A stretch of 64,000 nucleotides of DNA from an uncultured Acidimicrobiia bacterium (GTDB taxonomy: Bacteria; Actinomycetota; Acidimicrobiia; Spongiisociales; ZC4RG35): positions 12,622 to 76,621 of the forward strand of contig CAXMOW010000004.1 in the NCBI GenBank assembly GCA_964195235.1, in the 5' to 3' direction. Position 1 is the stretch's first letter; each line of letters starts with the position of its first letter. Below, piece by piece: positions 1 through 9,262 of the stretch. The notes under the pieces are model-generated. The model ran no database searches. It had not been told where the DNA came from and saw only the letters and a program-made list of their open reading frames with translations. A program made the translations under genes and the position numbers.

Positions 1-78
1 ACTTGGGGTGGGTTCAGGAGGAACTCACATTGGAGTTGTCGCGTAAACTTTGAGCCCGACGCGCGCGTTCTCGCCGCG

Positions 79-1206
79 ATGTGTAGCTTTCGAGCGGTGC
101 CGGGCGACCCAATCGCGGATCTGAGGAGCCCCTCGGGGTCCCTCATTTCTCTCTTCATCGATCGTCCCAGCCCGGGAGGATTTGGCGCATTGCTGTCCGA
201 TCTTGTCAGACCGTTACGGGAGCAATCCCACGATCTCGGGCGCAACGTTCAGAAGAGCGTGCGCTCAGATGCGGATCGAATCCATCATCTGGCTGAAGAT
301 CTAGAGATCGAGGCAGCTCCGGCATATGCCGTCTTCGCCTCGGATCTCGACGACGTGTTCATTGTTGAGCCACTGACATATCCAACCCACAACGTGTCCA
401 CGCTCGGCCCGCGGCCGTATTTGAGACCCCTGAGAGCGGCTCCTCGTGGTTTGCGGGCGGGGGTCATTGTTGCCGACCGGGCCGAAGCGAAGACCTATGT
501 GAGTTTCGCCGGGTTGATCGATGAAATTGGCGTGCCTCTCGCTCAGGAGATTCGCAAGGCGAATTTCGGAGGATTTTCCGGTTACGACGAGCACACCGTG
601 AGGGGTCATCTCGACGGGGCGTCGCATCGCATCTGGAAAGAGGCCGGAATGACGGTGCTCGAGGAGCACCAGCGCAAGGCGTTCGACTATCTCGCAATCG
701 GAAGTCATGAGGAAACTGTCGAAGAGATTGCCCGCTCGCTTCATCCCTACCTTGCCCGTCTGCAACGCACTTCGTTTGTGGCCAGCCCGGTGGGTCTCTC
801 GGCGCGGGACCTCCGCTCGGAGATGGCGCTTTTGGACGTCGAGGTGCGTCGAGAGCGTCAGAAGGCTCTCGCCGGCAGAGTGTGTGACACGACCTGGAGT
901 GGTGGCAATGGCGTGGTCGGGCTTGGGGCGACTTTGGAGGCTGTCAATACCCGTGCAATTGAAACCCTTGTGGTCGCTGGGCCTTTTACCCGAGACGGCT
1001 CGATGTGCAATGAGTGTGGGCACCTGAGTCGGACCGAGGGCGTTTGTCGTGTATGCAACTCTGCGATGTTCCCGGTTCATGACATTGTGGGTGCCGTGAT
1101 GGATGCCACCGTGACCGCCGGAGGAAATGTGTTTCAGATTGACGTTGCTTCCCCGCTCGACAACCGAGGGATCGGGGCTCTAACTCGCTTTCCGGTCCTG
1201 GTCTGA
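79..1206 (+). CDS. eRF1/Pelota-like (bacterial baeRF-type) protein with a CxxC-X9-CxxC zinc-ribbon insert
   Basis: Long ORF. The C-terminal part (AVNTRAIETLVVAG...CNECGHLSRTEGVCRVCN...VTAGGNVFQI) resembles the eRF1 domain-3-like C-terminus of bacterial archaeo-eukaryotic release-factor-like proteins. The family call is from memory and the start codon is uncertain. Confidence 0.45.
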   Translation: MCSFRAVPGDPIADLRSPSGSLISLFIDRPSPGGFGALLSDLVRPLREQSHDLGRNVQKSVRSDADRIHHLAEDLEIEAAPAYAVFASDLDDVFIVEPLTYPTHNVSTLGPRPYLRPLRAAPRGLRAGVIVADRAEAKTYVSFAGLIDEIGVPLAQEIRKANFGGFSGYDEHTVRGHLDGASHRIWKEAGMTVLEEHQRKAFDYLAIGSHEETVEEIARSLHPYLARLQRTSFVASPVGLSARDLRSEMALLDVEVRRERQKALAGRVCDTTWSGGNGVVGLGATLEAVNTRAIETLVVAGPFTRDGSMCNECGHLSRTEGVCRVCNSAMFPVHDIVGAVMDATVTAGGNVFQIDVASPLDNRGIGALTRFPVLV

Positions 1207-1246
1207 TAGCACCATTGGTGCGACCCGCCACTAGATTCCGTCGCCG

Positions 1247-1843
1247 ATGTCGACTGCCGCTCTTGTTCTCGCCGCCGGTGGCTCACGCCGTTTGGGCCGC
1301 ACGAAACAACTCGAACCCTGGGGTGACACCAACCTCCTAGGTCACGTTCTCGGACGTGTCCAGGGTTTTCCTGTCGACGAAGTGTGGGTTGTGCTCGGGC
1401 ACGAGTCCGCTCTCATCATCGATGAGACGGATCTTGGTGACGCCGGTGTCATTGAGAACCCGGAGTGGGAGGAGGGCATTGCGTCTTCGATCAGAGTGGG
1501 ATTGGACGCTTTGACCAGATTGTCGCAATGTGATCAGGCGCTGATCATGGTTGCGGATCAGCCCGACACGCCTGATGAAGTAATCGAAGGGCTTCTGGCA
1601 TCCCATGCAACCGCCGGACAGCCAGTCACGATCCCGAAATACCGGTACACCCTGGGTAATCCGGTCGTTGTGGATCGCTCCCTTTGGCCAAGGCTGATGT
1701 CGCTGACAGGCGATGAGGGGGCCATGAAACTTTGGAAGACCCACCAGGAATGGCTAAACGAGGTCTGGTTCTCAGAGGCGCCACCCCGGGATGTCGACAC
1801 GGAGACGGACGTGACCGATCTGCAACCCAGACACGGCGTCTGA
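1247..1843 (+). CDS. MobA/MocA-like nucleotidyltransferase (molybdenum cofactor nucleotidyltransferase family)
   Basis: The N-terminus ALVLAAGGSRRLGRTKQL is the typical LAAGxSxRxG NTP-transferase motif. The size (198 aa) fits the family. Confidence 0.7.
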   Translation: MSTAALVLAAGGSRRLGRTKQLEPWGDTNLLGHVLGRVQGFPVDEVWVVLGHESALIIDETDLGDAGVIENPEWEEGIASSIRVGLDALTRLSQCDQALIMVADQPDTPDEVIEGLLASHATAGQPVTIPKYRYTLGNPVVVDRSLWPRLMSLTGDEGAMKLWKTHQEWLNEVWFSEAPPRDVDTETDVTDLQPRHGV

Positions 1844-1900
1844 TCAGGCACATGTTGCGATGTATAGAGTCGAGATGTCGGTAGGGATATACAAGCGGAG

Positions 1901-2314
1901 ATGGGATTGATGGCTCGGATCGATCAAGTTGCGGGTGTTGAGCAGAAAACGGCGACGAAGCTCCGCAAGGTGGGCGTGCGCACCAGCAAAGGTCTAGTCG
2001 AAGAAGCTTCGACCCGACGTGGTCGCACCGAATTGTCAAAAGTCACAGGGGCAACGCCCAAGGATCTTCAATTGTGGGTGCACCACGCCGATCTTCTCAG
2101 GGTGCGTGGTGTTGGCGCCGAATACGCCGATCTTTTGGTTGCCGCCGGGGTGGATACCCTGCGCGATTTGAGACGACGAAATCCCACCGCCCTACTGGCA
2201 AAGATCATTGGACTGAATGGGTCGGAGCGAGTGGTGAGCCGGCTCCCAACCGAATCGATGGTCGAGAACTGGATTGCGGCAGCGGCGGACTTGGAACCCT
2301 CGATCTCGATCTAA
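1901..2314 (+). CDS. DUF4332-like helix-hairpin-helix protein
   Basis: The ORF carries repeated HhH-like segments (IDQVAGVEQKTATKLRKVGV; LLRVRGVGAEYADLLVAAGVDTLRDL). Confidence 0.5.
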   Translation: MGLMARIDQVAGVEQKTATKLRKVGVRTSKGLVEEASTRRGRTELSKVTGATPKDLQLWVHHADLLRVRGVGAEYADLLVAAGVDTLRDLRRRNPTALLAKIIGLNGSERVVSRLPTESMVENWIAAAADLEPSISI

Positions 2315-2336
2315 ATACTCCCTGCACAAGCAAAAG

Positions 2337-2363
2337 AAAAAGGGGCCCGAAGGGCCCCCTTTT
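2337..2363. terminator. bidirectional intrinsic terminator between convergent genes
   Basis: AAAAA-GGGGCCC-GAA-GGGCCCC-CTTTT: a perfect 7-bp GC stem flanked by an A-run and a T-run. Confidence 0.7.
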
Positions 2364-2381
2364 CATTCGAGGAGGGTGAGT

Positions 2382-2900
2382 TCAGGATGCTTTGGTGTCC
2401 GAGGCTTTGGTGGCCGAAGCCTTGGTGGCCGAACCCTTGGTGGCTGTGGTCTTTGCGGTCGAAGTCTTGGCGGTCGTAGTCTTGGTGGCTGTGGTCTTGG
2501 CCGCGGGCTTCTTGGCGGAAGCCTTGGTGGCCGGAGCCTTGACCGTCTCCTTCACTTCCGTCTTTCCTCTGTCTTTCTCGGGACGGAAGGAGGTCTTCCA
2601 GGTGGCGAGCATGTCTTCGAGTTGGTCACGTAGTTTGCTGACCTGCTCCTTGGCCTGGTCGAGGTCGACTTTCGAGGAAAACTCCTCGACAACTTTCTTA
2701 TCGCTGACCTGGGAAACGATCTTCTCACCCTCGACGGCCCAGGCATCGAAGGCCTTCTCAGCTGCCTTCGAGTAGTTGGCCTTCTCTTCGCCAACCTTGC
2801 CCTTGAGGGTGCTGACCTGGTCGCTCACTGCTCCGCTTACCTTGCGGGCAACAACGACAGGGGCGCCTACCGCGGCATACAAAACGTTTTTTGTCTCCAT
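2382..2900 (-). CDS. heparin-binding hemagglutinin (HbhA)-like protein with a Lys/Ala/Thr-rich C-terminal repeat tail
   Basis: ATG at 2900 (METKNVLYAAVGAPVVVARKV...). It has a hydrophobic N-terminus, a coiled-coil-like middle and a K/A/T repeat tail, like mycobacterial HbhA. It sits directly downstream of an XRE regulator, as hbhA does (Rv0475/Rv0474 arrangement, from memory). Confidence 0.6.
   Translation of the reverse strand: METKNVLYAAVGAPVVVARKVSGAVSDQVSTLKGKVGEEKANYSKAAEKAFDAWAVEGEKIVSQVSDKKVVEEFSSKVDLDQAKEQVSKLRDQLEDMLATWKTSFRPEKDRGKTEVKETVKAPATKASAKKPAAKTTATKTTTAKTSTAKTTATKGSATKASATKASDTKAS
2385..2537 (-). repeat. imperfect 15-nt (5-codon) tandem repeat encoding the TKASA/TKTTA-type tail
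   Basis: Repeated gccttggtggccgaa-like units are visible on the plus strand. They translate to KAPATKASAKKPAAKTTATKTTTAKTSTAKTTATKGSATKASATKASDTKAS. Confidence 0.6.
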
Positions 2901-2907
2901 GTCTTTC

Positions 2908-3270
2908 TTACTCCTGTTGTTCGGTGGCCAGAGATCCGTTGGATCGGACCAATGCCCTGTACATATCGAGAAGCACTTTCTTCTGATCACCGTCGAGCTT
3001 GTCGTCGGCGTCGATTGCATCGAACACCGTATGGGGAGGCTCCTCGTCAATCAGGCCGGCCCTCGAATAGAGGCTGTTGGCGCTGATCTCGAGGGCCCGC
3101 GACAAGTTCTTGAGAACCTCCGCTGATGGCCTCCGAAGCTCCCGCTCGATCTGACTCAAGTAGGGATTCGAAATCCCCGCTTTCTCGGCCAGACGTCGGA
3201 GGGAAAGATTCGCACGTTCCCTTTGCTGACGGATGAAGTCTCCGAGATCACTGTGCTTGCTCTCGTTCAC
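2908..3270 (-). CDS. XRE-family helix-turn-helix transcriptional regulator
   Basis: LSLRRLAEKAGISNPYLSQIERELRRPSAEVL is a canonical XRE HTH. The protein is 120 aa. Confidence 0.8.
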   Translation of the reverse strand: MNESKHSDLGDFIRQQRERANLSLRRLAEKAGISNPYLSQIERELRRPSAEVLKNLSRALEISANSLYSRAGLIDEEPPHTVFDAIDADDKLDGDQKKVLLDMYRALVRSNGSLATEQQE

Positions 3271-3276
3271 TTGTTA

Positions 3277-3298
3277 TTAGCATAGAGCAAGCTGCTAA
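3277..3298. promoter_or_regulatory. inverted repeat TTAGCA-N10-TGCTAA upstream of the XRE regulator (candidate operator)
   Basis: Seen directly in the 57-nt spacer upstream of the 3270 start. A further ATGCTA copy lies at 3313-3318. Confidence 0.3.
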
Positions 3299-3327
3299 CT
3301 ATTGCAAGCGTAATGCTAGCTGTCGAG

Positions 3328-4050
3328 CTAGGAAAGAGTTGTTCCAACGGCAGTGCCGATTGCCCATGCAACAACACCACCAACGCCAGCAACGATCAGG
3401 TTCTCCAAACCTGATGTGATTTTCCCGGTTTTGGCGACGGAGGCCTTAACGACACCCACCACAAACAGGCTTCCCATGGCCAGCAGAGAGGCCCATGTCA
3501 AAGCCGTTGCCGTGGTGTCGAACACTGCGAAGGGGACTACCGAGGGCAAGGCTCCAATGAGGAACAGGCCACCTGAAGCCGCCATTGCCAGGAAGGGAGA
3601 GCGAGTCTCCGACTCAACCACCCCGAATTCGAGTGCCGCCATGGCGTTGAGCATCGCATCGTCCGAGCGATCAAAGGCAGAGACCACACCCTCGAGATCT
3701 TCTGATGCAATGCCCATATCGGTGAACATCTCCCGGAGCTGATCCAACTCCAGGTCTCGGTGGTCCCTGAGATGTTCCTTTTCCAAGGTGAGTTCGGCTG
3801 CGAGAACCTCGGTCTGAGATTTGGTAGCCAGGTATTCGCCGGCCGCCATGGAAACTGCCCCCGCAAGGGCACCGGCGATTCCGGTGAGCAGGACGTCGCC
3901 GATTACAAGACCACCGCCAACCACGCCCACCACAAGAAGAAAAGTGGAGACCAGTCCGTCGTTGACTCCGAGAATTATGTCCCGCCAGTACTGGCGAGAT
4001 TCTCCGATGTGGGGTGTGTAAACCGGTGCTTCGGCTTTTTCAACTGCCAT
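3328..4050 (-). CDS. VIT1/CCC1-family iron/manganese transporter
   Basis: The motifs ILGVNDGLVSTFLLVVGV and SMAAGEYLATKSQ, with C-terminal TM helices, are typical of the VIT family. Confidence 0.8.
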   Translation of the reverse strand: MAVEKAEAPVYTPHIGESRQYWRDIILGVNDGLVSTFLLVVGVVGGGLVIGDVLLTGIAGALAGAVSMAAGEYLATKSQTEVLAAELTLEKEHLRDHRDLELDQLREMFTDMGIASEDLEGVVSAFDRSDDAMLNAMAALEFGVVESETRSPFLAMAASGGLFLIGALPSVVPFAVFDTTATALTWASLLAMGSLFVVGVVKASVAKTGKITSGLENLIVAGVGGVVAWAIGTAVGTTLS

Positions 4051-4103
4051 CAGGGCGATAGTACCGGTTGGTGTCGGCGATCCTGATCAGCTACGCCGTT
4101 GAG

Positions 4104-6707
4104 CTATTCATAGAAGAGAATTTCGAATGTGCGTCGGGCCCTTCGGGTGTATCTGCGGTACTGCTCCCTCAGCTCTGCGGTGCGATCGAATCCCAATGAA
4201 ACTGCCAGACGAGCAGTCGAGTCGGGATCGGTTGGGAGGGAGTTGGCTATTCGTCCACTTTGAAGATGGAGACGGAGCCGCACACGCGTGCAGAACAGGT
4301 AGGAGTCGTGCAGGGCGTTGTAGTCGCTGGCTGTTATCACTTCCGCGGTCCGTAGCTCTTTGAGGGCGTGGAACGTCCCTGTGACTCTCATCTGCGGAAT
4401 CTGGTGGCCATGACTCAGCTGAAGCATCTGGGTGAGAAACTCGACGTCGGAGAGGCCACCTGGGCCAAGTTTGAGGTGGAAGTCTGGATCTTCTCCCGGC
4501 GGCAATCGCTCAGACTCAACCCGCGCCTTGATCCTTCGGATTTCATGGACCATCGACTCGGGCATGGTGTGCCTCCAAAGCGTCGAATCCACCAGCTCCT
4601 CAAACGCCGCGCGAAGATTGGCGTCGCCGGAGGTCGGCCTGGCTTTGACCAGGGCGAGCAGCTCCCAGGGCTCGACCCAATCCGAGTAGTAGCGCTCAAA
4701 GCTGTTTAGAGATCGAGCCATCGGTCCTTTTCGACCTTCGGGTCTCAATTCGGCGTCGAGATCATATGCGGGGCCATGACGACTGGGTTGGGAGAGAACT
4801 CGGTCCAGGCCGCTGGCAATGTTGAGCGCAACCGTTCTTGCCAGGCTGTCATCGAACACATACATCACATCGAGGTCCGAGCCATATGAAAGCTCGTGGC
4901 CGCCCCATTTCCCCATGGCGACTACGGCGAAGCCAGCGGTGCCATCATCCATCAACACTTGAAGTCCACCATCCACGGCGGCATCGGCAGTGTCGGACAG
5001 ACCCTGCAATGTTGCTTCCGTGGAGCCCTCCCCGAGCACGTCGCGGGCAGCGATGCGCAGTTTGCGGCGTCTAACGAATCGGCGGATTGTCCCGATCTGA
5101 GCGTCTTCTTCGGGCCTCGAATTGAGGAGCGCCATCAGCCGAGTAGAGACTTCTTCGCCGTTGCGAATCTCACGGATCCGGGTGTCGTCTGCGAGACGTG
5201 GGATGAACTCAGGGATTCGATCCATTAGCTCACCAATCAGTCGGCCGGTTCCCAGCAGAAGACAGAGACGCTCGCCTGCGAGAGGGTTGCTCTGGAGCAG
5301 TCGAACCAGCTCACTGTGATCGGATGTGTGTGCGAGCAAGACTCGAAGCTGGTCGAGCCCAAGATCGGGGTCGGGTGATTGTGAAAGCCAGTCGAGCATC
5401 AGCGGCAACACCTGCTGCATCACGCGAGATCTGCGACTCAGCCCGGCCGTCATGTCCTCGACCGCCTTCGAGGCCGCGGTCACATCTCGAAACCCCAGTG
5501 CTTCGAGACGAAGCGCAGCCTCTTCCCGGTCGAGTTGCGCCGCCGGTAGACCCACAAGCGAGTCGAGGATCGGCCTGAAGTAGAGACGCTGATGAAGATG
5601 TCTCACGTCGCTTCTGATTTCGTTGAGTCGGTTGAGAAGCTCTGCCTCTGGATCTTCGGCGAAGCCGAGACTTCGCCCGATTCGTTGTCTGGCCTCGAGG
5701 GACTTCGGCATGCGATGAGTTTGTTGCAGGTCCCAAAGTTGGATTCGATGTTCAACGTCGCGAAGAAATGTGTACGAGTCGAGGAGTCGGCTCGCTTCGC
5801 GCTCCTCGATGTACCCGTGGCTGCCAAGTTCTCTGATCGCCGCCATCGTCGACGTGACCCTGAGATCAGGATCAAACCGACCATGTACCAGTTGCAGCAA
5901 TTGGATGGTGAACTCGATGTCGCGGATGCCACCCGGCGATCTCTTGATGTCGTCGCGGTCTGCACCCTCCTCGGTCTGGGTCTTTATCTGTCGGATGCTC
6001 CGCAACGCGTCAACGTCGAAGCCGACTTCCCAGATCACTCGCTCGGCGAGTTCACGAAACTTCTGCCCAACGTCACGGTCGCCAGCGGCGGGTCGAGCCT
6101 TGAGCAGCGCCTGTAGCTCCCATGCCTCACCCCACTTTTCGTAATACGTCGCGTAGCTCTCAACGCTCCGACTTAGTGGCCCCATCGCCCCTTCAGGCCG
6201 AAGATCGGTGTCAACCTGCAGCATCGCTCCCTCGATCGTGGGCGATGAGAGGATTGCGACCAGTTTGCTGGCGATTGCCAGGGCGGCCGCTCGACTTCTG
6301 TCCTGTTCTTCGGCCGCCGGCTCGTGAACGAATATGAGATCGATATCCGAGTAGTAGTTGAGTTCGCGGGCGCCCCACTTACCCATCGCCACTACTGCAA
6401 ACGGGAGGGTGAGAGCCATCGGATGCTTCTCGGCAACCGCTTCGATTGCCATTTCGAGGGCATCTGCGACCAATCGGTCGATCGCGTCTGAGTAGCGGGC
6501 GGTCGCCTCCTCCATGTCGATTCGCCCGGTTAAGTCGTCCCCGGCGATGGCTATCAGAGCTGCTCGGAGACGATCGGGGAGAGACTCGAGCTGGTCCGGA
6601 TTGGCAAGCAATGACGGATTGCGTTTTAGAGCGTCGGCAAGCGCACGACTAGAAGCGACAATCGCCTTGACCGTCTCCTGGTCGCTCGCGGCTTGGTTCA
6701 CTCCCAC
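4104..6707 (-). CDS. glnE: bifunctional glutamine synthetase adenylyltransferase/adenylyl-removing enzyme
   Basis: 867 aa with two repeated nucleotidyltransferase halves (GKWGARELNYYSDIDLIF / GKWGGHELSYGSDLDVMYVF) and GGIRDIEF / GGLSDVEF motifs. Confidence 0.85.
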   Translation of the reverse strand: MGVNQAASDQETVKAIVASSRALADALKRNPSLLANPDQLESLPDRLRAALIAIAGDDLTGRIDMEEATARYSDAIDRLVADALEMAIEAVAEKHPMALTLPFAVVAMGKWGARELNYYSDIDLIFVHEPAAEEQDRSRAAALAIASKLVAILSSPTIEGAMLQVDTDLRPEGAMGPLSRSVESYATYYEKWGEAWELQALLKARPAAGDRDVGQKFRELAERVIWEVGFDVDALRSIRQIKTQTEEGADRDDIKRSPGGIRDIEFTIQLLQLVHGRFDPDLRVTSTMAAIRELGSHGYIEEREASRLLDSYTFLRDVEHRIQLWDLQQTHRMPKSLEARQRIGRSLGFAEDPEAELLNRLNEIRSDVRHLHQRLYFRPILDSLVGLPAAQLDREEAALRLEALGFRDVTAASKAVEDMTAGLSRRSRVMQQVLPLMLDWLSQSPDPDLGLDQLRVLLAHTSDHSELVRLLQSNPLAGERLCLLLGTGRLIGELMDRIPEFIPRLADDTRIREIRNGEEVSTRLMALLNSRPEEDAQIGTIRRFVRRRKLRIAARDVLGEGSTEATLQGLSDTADAAVDGGLQVLMDDGTAGFAVVAMGKWGGHELSYGSDLDVMYVFDDSLARTVALNIASGLDRVLSQPSRHGPAYDLDAELRPEGRKGPMARSLNSFERYYSDWVEPWELLALVKARPTSGDANLRAAFEELVDSTLWRHTMPESMVHEIRRIKARVESERLPPGEDPDFHLKLGPGGLSDVEFLTQMLQLSHGHQIPQMRVTGTFHALKELRTAEVITASDYNALHDSYLFCTRVRLRLHLQSGRIANSLPTDPDSTARLAVSLGFDRTAELREQYRRYTRRARRTFEILFYE

Positions 6708-6754
6708 AGGCTATGACAGTCCTTGTGGAGTCGACCACCGGATAACGTATCGCT

Positions 6755-8413
6755 ATGGGAATCCGCGTGGCTGGTGCGCAAGTGAATCTGCGCGTCGGCG
6801 ATATTCCAGGCAATGAGGCAATCATTGCCGATGCGATTGCGAAGGCCGAGAAGGCTGATGCCGATGTGTTAGTCGTGCCAGAACTGGCATTGACCGGATA
6901 CCCACCCGAGGACCTCGTCCATCGGCATGATTTCGTCGAAGCCAACTTGGGCGCGCTCGAGCGGCTTGCCGACCTAGCCACGACGGTCACCGTCATTGTT
7001 GGTTTCGTGGATCGAGCTCAGTCTCAGCCCAGGGGCGGCGCCGACTCGGAGCCTCGCAATGTGGCAAATGCCGCCGCCGTCCTTGGCGATGGCAGAGTCA
7101 TTGGGAGATATCACAAGGTCTTGCTTCCCAATTTCGGAGTGTTCGACGAAGAGCGCTATTTCGATGTCGGGGATGAGCCGGCGAAGGTCTGGGAGATATC
7201 TGGCGAGACCGTCGGCGTATCGGTGTGTGAGGACATCTGGCTCCCTGATGGGCCGCCGGCATCTCAGGCTCGAGCCGGCGCTCGGCTGCTTCTCAATATC
7301 AACGCCTCGCCGTTTCACCGTGGCAAGGCGGTGGAGCGGGAAGCAATGCTGGCCCACCGTGCCCGATCAGCGCGAGCTCCGGTCGTCTATCTGAACCTCG
7401 TCGGTGGGCAGGATGAGTTGGTGTTTGATGGCGCCTCTGTTGTGATCGACTCACACGGAACGGTTCTGCACAGGTCGCCTCAGTTTGAGGAGGACTTCTT
7501 TGTGATAGATGTGCCGACTGGTGATGAACCAGGAATCCCAGGGGATGTGGCTCCACTTCTCGGCCCGACTGAAGAGGTGTATCGGGCGATCACGTTGGGT
7601 CTTCACGACTACGTGGAGAAGAACGGATTCAATCAGGTTCTCATCGGGCTGTCGGGGGGCATCGACTCGGCGTTGACGGCTGCGGTCGCAGTGGACGCAT
7701 TGGGATCAGAATCGGTCTGGGGAGTCGCAATGCCCTCCCGTTTTTCCTCACAGCACTCGATCGATGACGCCACAGCTTTGGCCCAGAGCCTCGGGATACG
7801 GTTCGACCTGATCCCAATCGACGATGTCTACGAGGCCCATCTCGACTCACTTTCCAACCTTTTTGAAGGAACCGAGTTCGGAGTGGCTGAAGAGAACCTC
7901 CAGGCCCGATCGCGCGGTGCGACGTTGATGGCAATCTCCAATAAGTTCGGTCCGATGGTGATAGCAACGGGCAACAAGTCTGAGATGGCGACCGGCTACG
8001 CCACTTTGTATGGGGACATGGTTGGTGGTTTCTCGGTGCTCAAAGACGTCTTCAAAACTCTTGTTTATCAGTTGGCGAGATGGCGTAACGAGGATGTGGG
8101 CATGATTCCTCAGAATTCCATCGACAAGCCGCCTTCAGCCGAGTTGAGACCTGATCAAAAGGATTCCGACTCCTTGCCCCCATACGAGGTCCTAGATGCA
8201 GTTCTCGAGCGATACGTGGAAGACGACCTGGGGGTGGAGGCCATCGTGGCCGCAGGTTACGACCCGCAATTGGTCACAAGGATTGCCCGCATGGTTGATC
8301 GCAACGAGTACAAACGACGTCAGGCGGCACCGGGGGTGAAGATCACGACAAAGGCGTTTGGCAAGGACCGTCGTCTCCCGATCACCAATGCCTATCGATC
8401 GGTCGATCCATGA
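6755..8413 (+). CDS. nadE: glutamine-dependent NAD+ synthetase
   Basis: An N-terminal nitrilase-like domain (VVPELALTGYPPEDL, VCEDIW) is followed by a C-terminal NAD synthase domain (GLSGGIDSAL). Confidence 0.9.
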   Translation: MGIRVAGAQVNLRVGDIPGNEAIIADAIAKAEKADADVLVVPELALTGYPPEDLVHRHDFVEANLGALERLADLATTVTVIVGFVDRAQSQPRGGADSEPRNVANAAAVLGDGRVIGRYHKVLLPNFGVFDEERYFDVGDEPAKVWEISGETVGVSVCEDIWLPDGPPASQARAGARLLLNINASPFHRGKAVEREAMLAHRARSARAPVVYLNLVGGQDELVFDGASVVIDSHGTVLHRSPQFEEDFFVIDVPTGDEPGIPGDVAPLLGPTEEVYRAITLGLHDYVEKNGFNQVLIGLSGGIDSALTAAVAVDALGSESVWGVAMPSRFSSQHSIDDATALAQSLGIRFDLIPIDDVYEAHLDSLSNLFEGTEFGVAEENLQARSRGATLMAISNKFGPMVIATGNKSEMATGYATLYGDMVGGFSVLKDVFKTLVYQLARWRNEDVGMIPQNSIDKPPSAELRPDQKDSDSLPPYEVLDAVLERYVEDDLGVEAIVAAGYDPQLVTRIARMVDRNEYKRRQAAPGVKITTKAFGKDRRLPITNAYRSVDP

Positions 8414-9216
8414 TCGGCGATGTGCTGATCAATGGTGAGTTGTCAGCGGGCACCATCCCGGTGACCGACTCCTCCGTGGTTCGGGGAGACGGCTGCTTCG
8501 AAGTGTTGAAGGTATACGGGGGCCGGCCATTTGGGCTGGAAGAACATCTCGACCGACTGCAACGGAGCGCTGCCGCCCTGGGAATCGACTTGCCGGCACG
8601 CCACGATGTGCGGGATTGGATCGAGACCACTGCGGCTCAGCATGAAGACGGTTTGGTCAGGGTGATGGTCACCCGAGGGTCGAGTGTCCCTGGCGTGGAT
8701 GAACCGTCGAATGTGATCGTTTTTGGACACCCCGGGCCGGTGATTGCTCCTTCCGCTCGTCTCCTCCCGGTGGATGCGCCATGGCACGCTGCTGGGGTTG
8801 AATGGGATTTGGCCGGGGCCAAGATCCTGTCTTACGCACCAAACCTCGCCGCTAGCCGCCGGGCACACGATGGGGGTTTCGATGATGCTCTGCTCACATC
8901 CGTCGAAGGTGTGATTCTTGAAGGTCCGACATTCTCGGTTGCTTGGCTGTTCCAGGGGATTCTGGAGACGCCGACGCTCGAACTGGGAATACTCGACTCG
9001 ATCACCAGACGTGTGGTTCTCGAGGAGGCAGAGCGGATGGGTTTGGAGGTGGTCGAAGATTCTTGGAATCTCGATCGGCTTGCTGAGGCTTCGGAAGTGA
9101 TGGCACTCTCGACGGTGCGGGAGGTGCAGGTGATCTCGGAGGTAGGAGCTCTCAGCTTTGAGGCCGGGCCGGTCACGTCGAGACTTGCTGCCGCCTTCCA
9201 AACCATCGTTGGATGA
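8410..9216 (+). CDS. fold-type IV (class IV) aminotransferase / aminodeoxychorismate lyase-like
   Basis: RGDGCFEVLKVYGGRPFGLEEHLDRLQRSA is typical of class IV aminotransferases. It has an ATGA overlap with nadE. Confidence 0.7.
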   Translation: MIGDVLINGELSAGTIPVTDSSVVRGDGCFEVLKVYGGRPFGLEEHLDRLQRSAAALGIDLPARHDVRDWIETTAAQHEDGLVRVMVTRGSSVPGVDEPSNVIVFGHPGPVIAPSARLLPVDAPWHAAGVEWDLAGAKILSYAPNLAASRRAHDGGFDDALLTSVEGVILEGPTFSVAWLFQGILETPTLELGILDSITRRVVLEEAERMGLEVVEDSWNLDRLAEASEVMALSTVREVQVISEVGALSFEAGPVTSRLAAAFQTIVG

Positions 9217-9262
9217 TTCCAAACCCGGGAACTTGGGCGGTGTCGGGGTACGTTGAGGTGCC

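Noticed and set aside
2385-2537. Possible CRISPR-like or non-coding tandem repeat
   Set aside because: The 15-nt periodicity is in frame and encodes the K/A/T tail of the HbhA-like protein. There are no unique spacers and no cas genes.
3277-3298. CIRCE (HrcA) element upstream of the XRE regulator
   Set aside because: It shares the TTAGCA/TGCTAA ends, but the spacing (N10, 22 nt in total) and the missing CTC/GAG inner arms do not fit TTAGCACTC-N9-GAGTGCTAA. The downstream genes are not chaperones.
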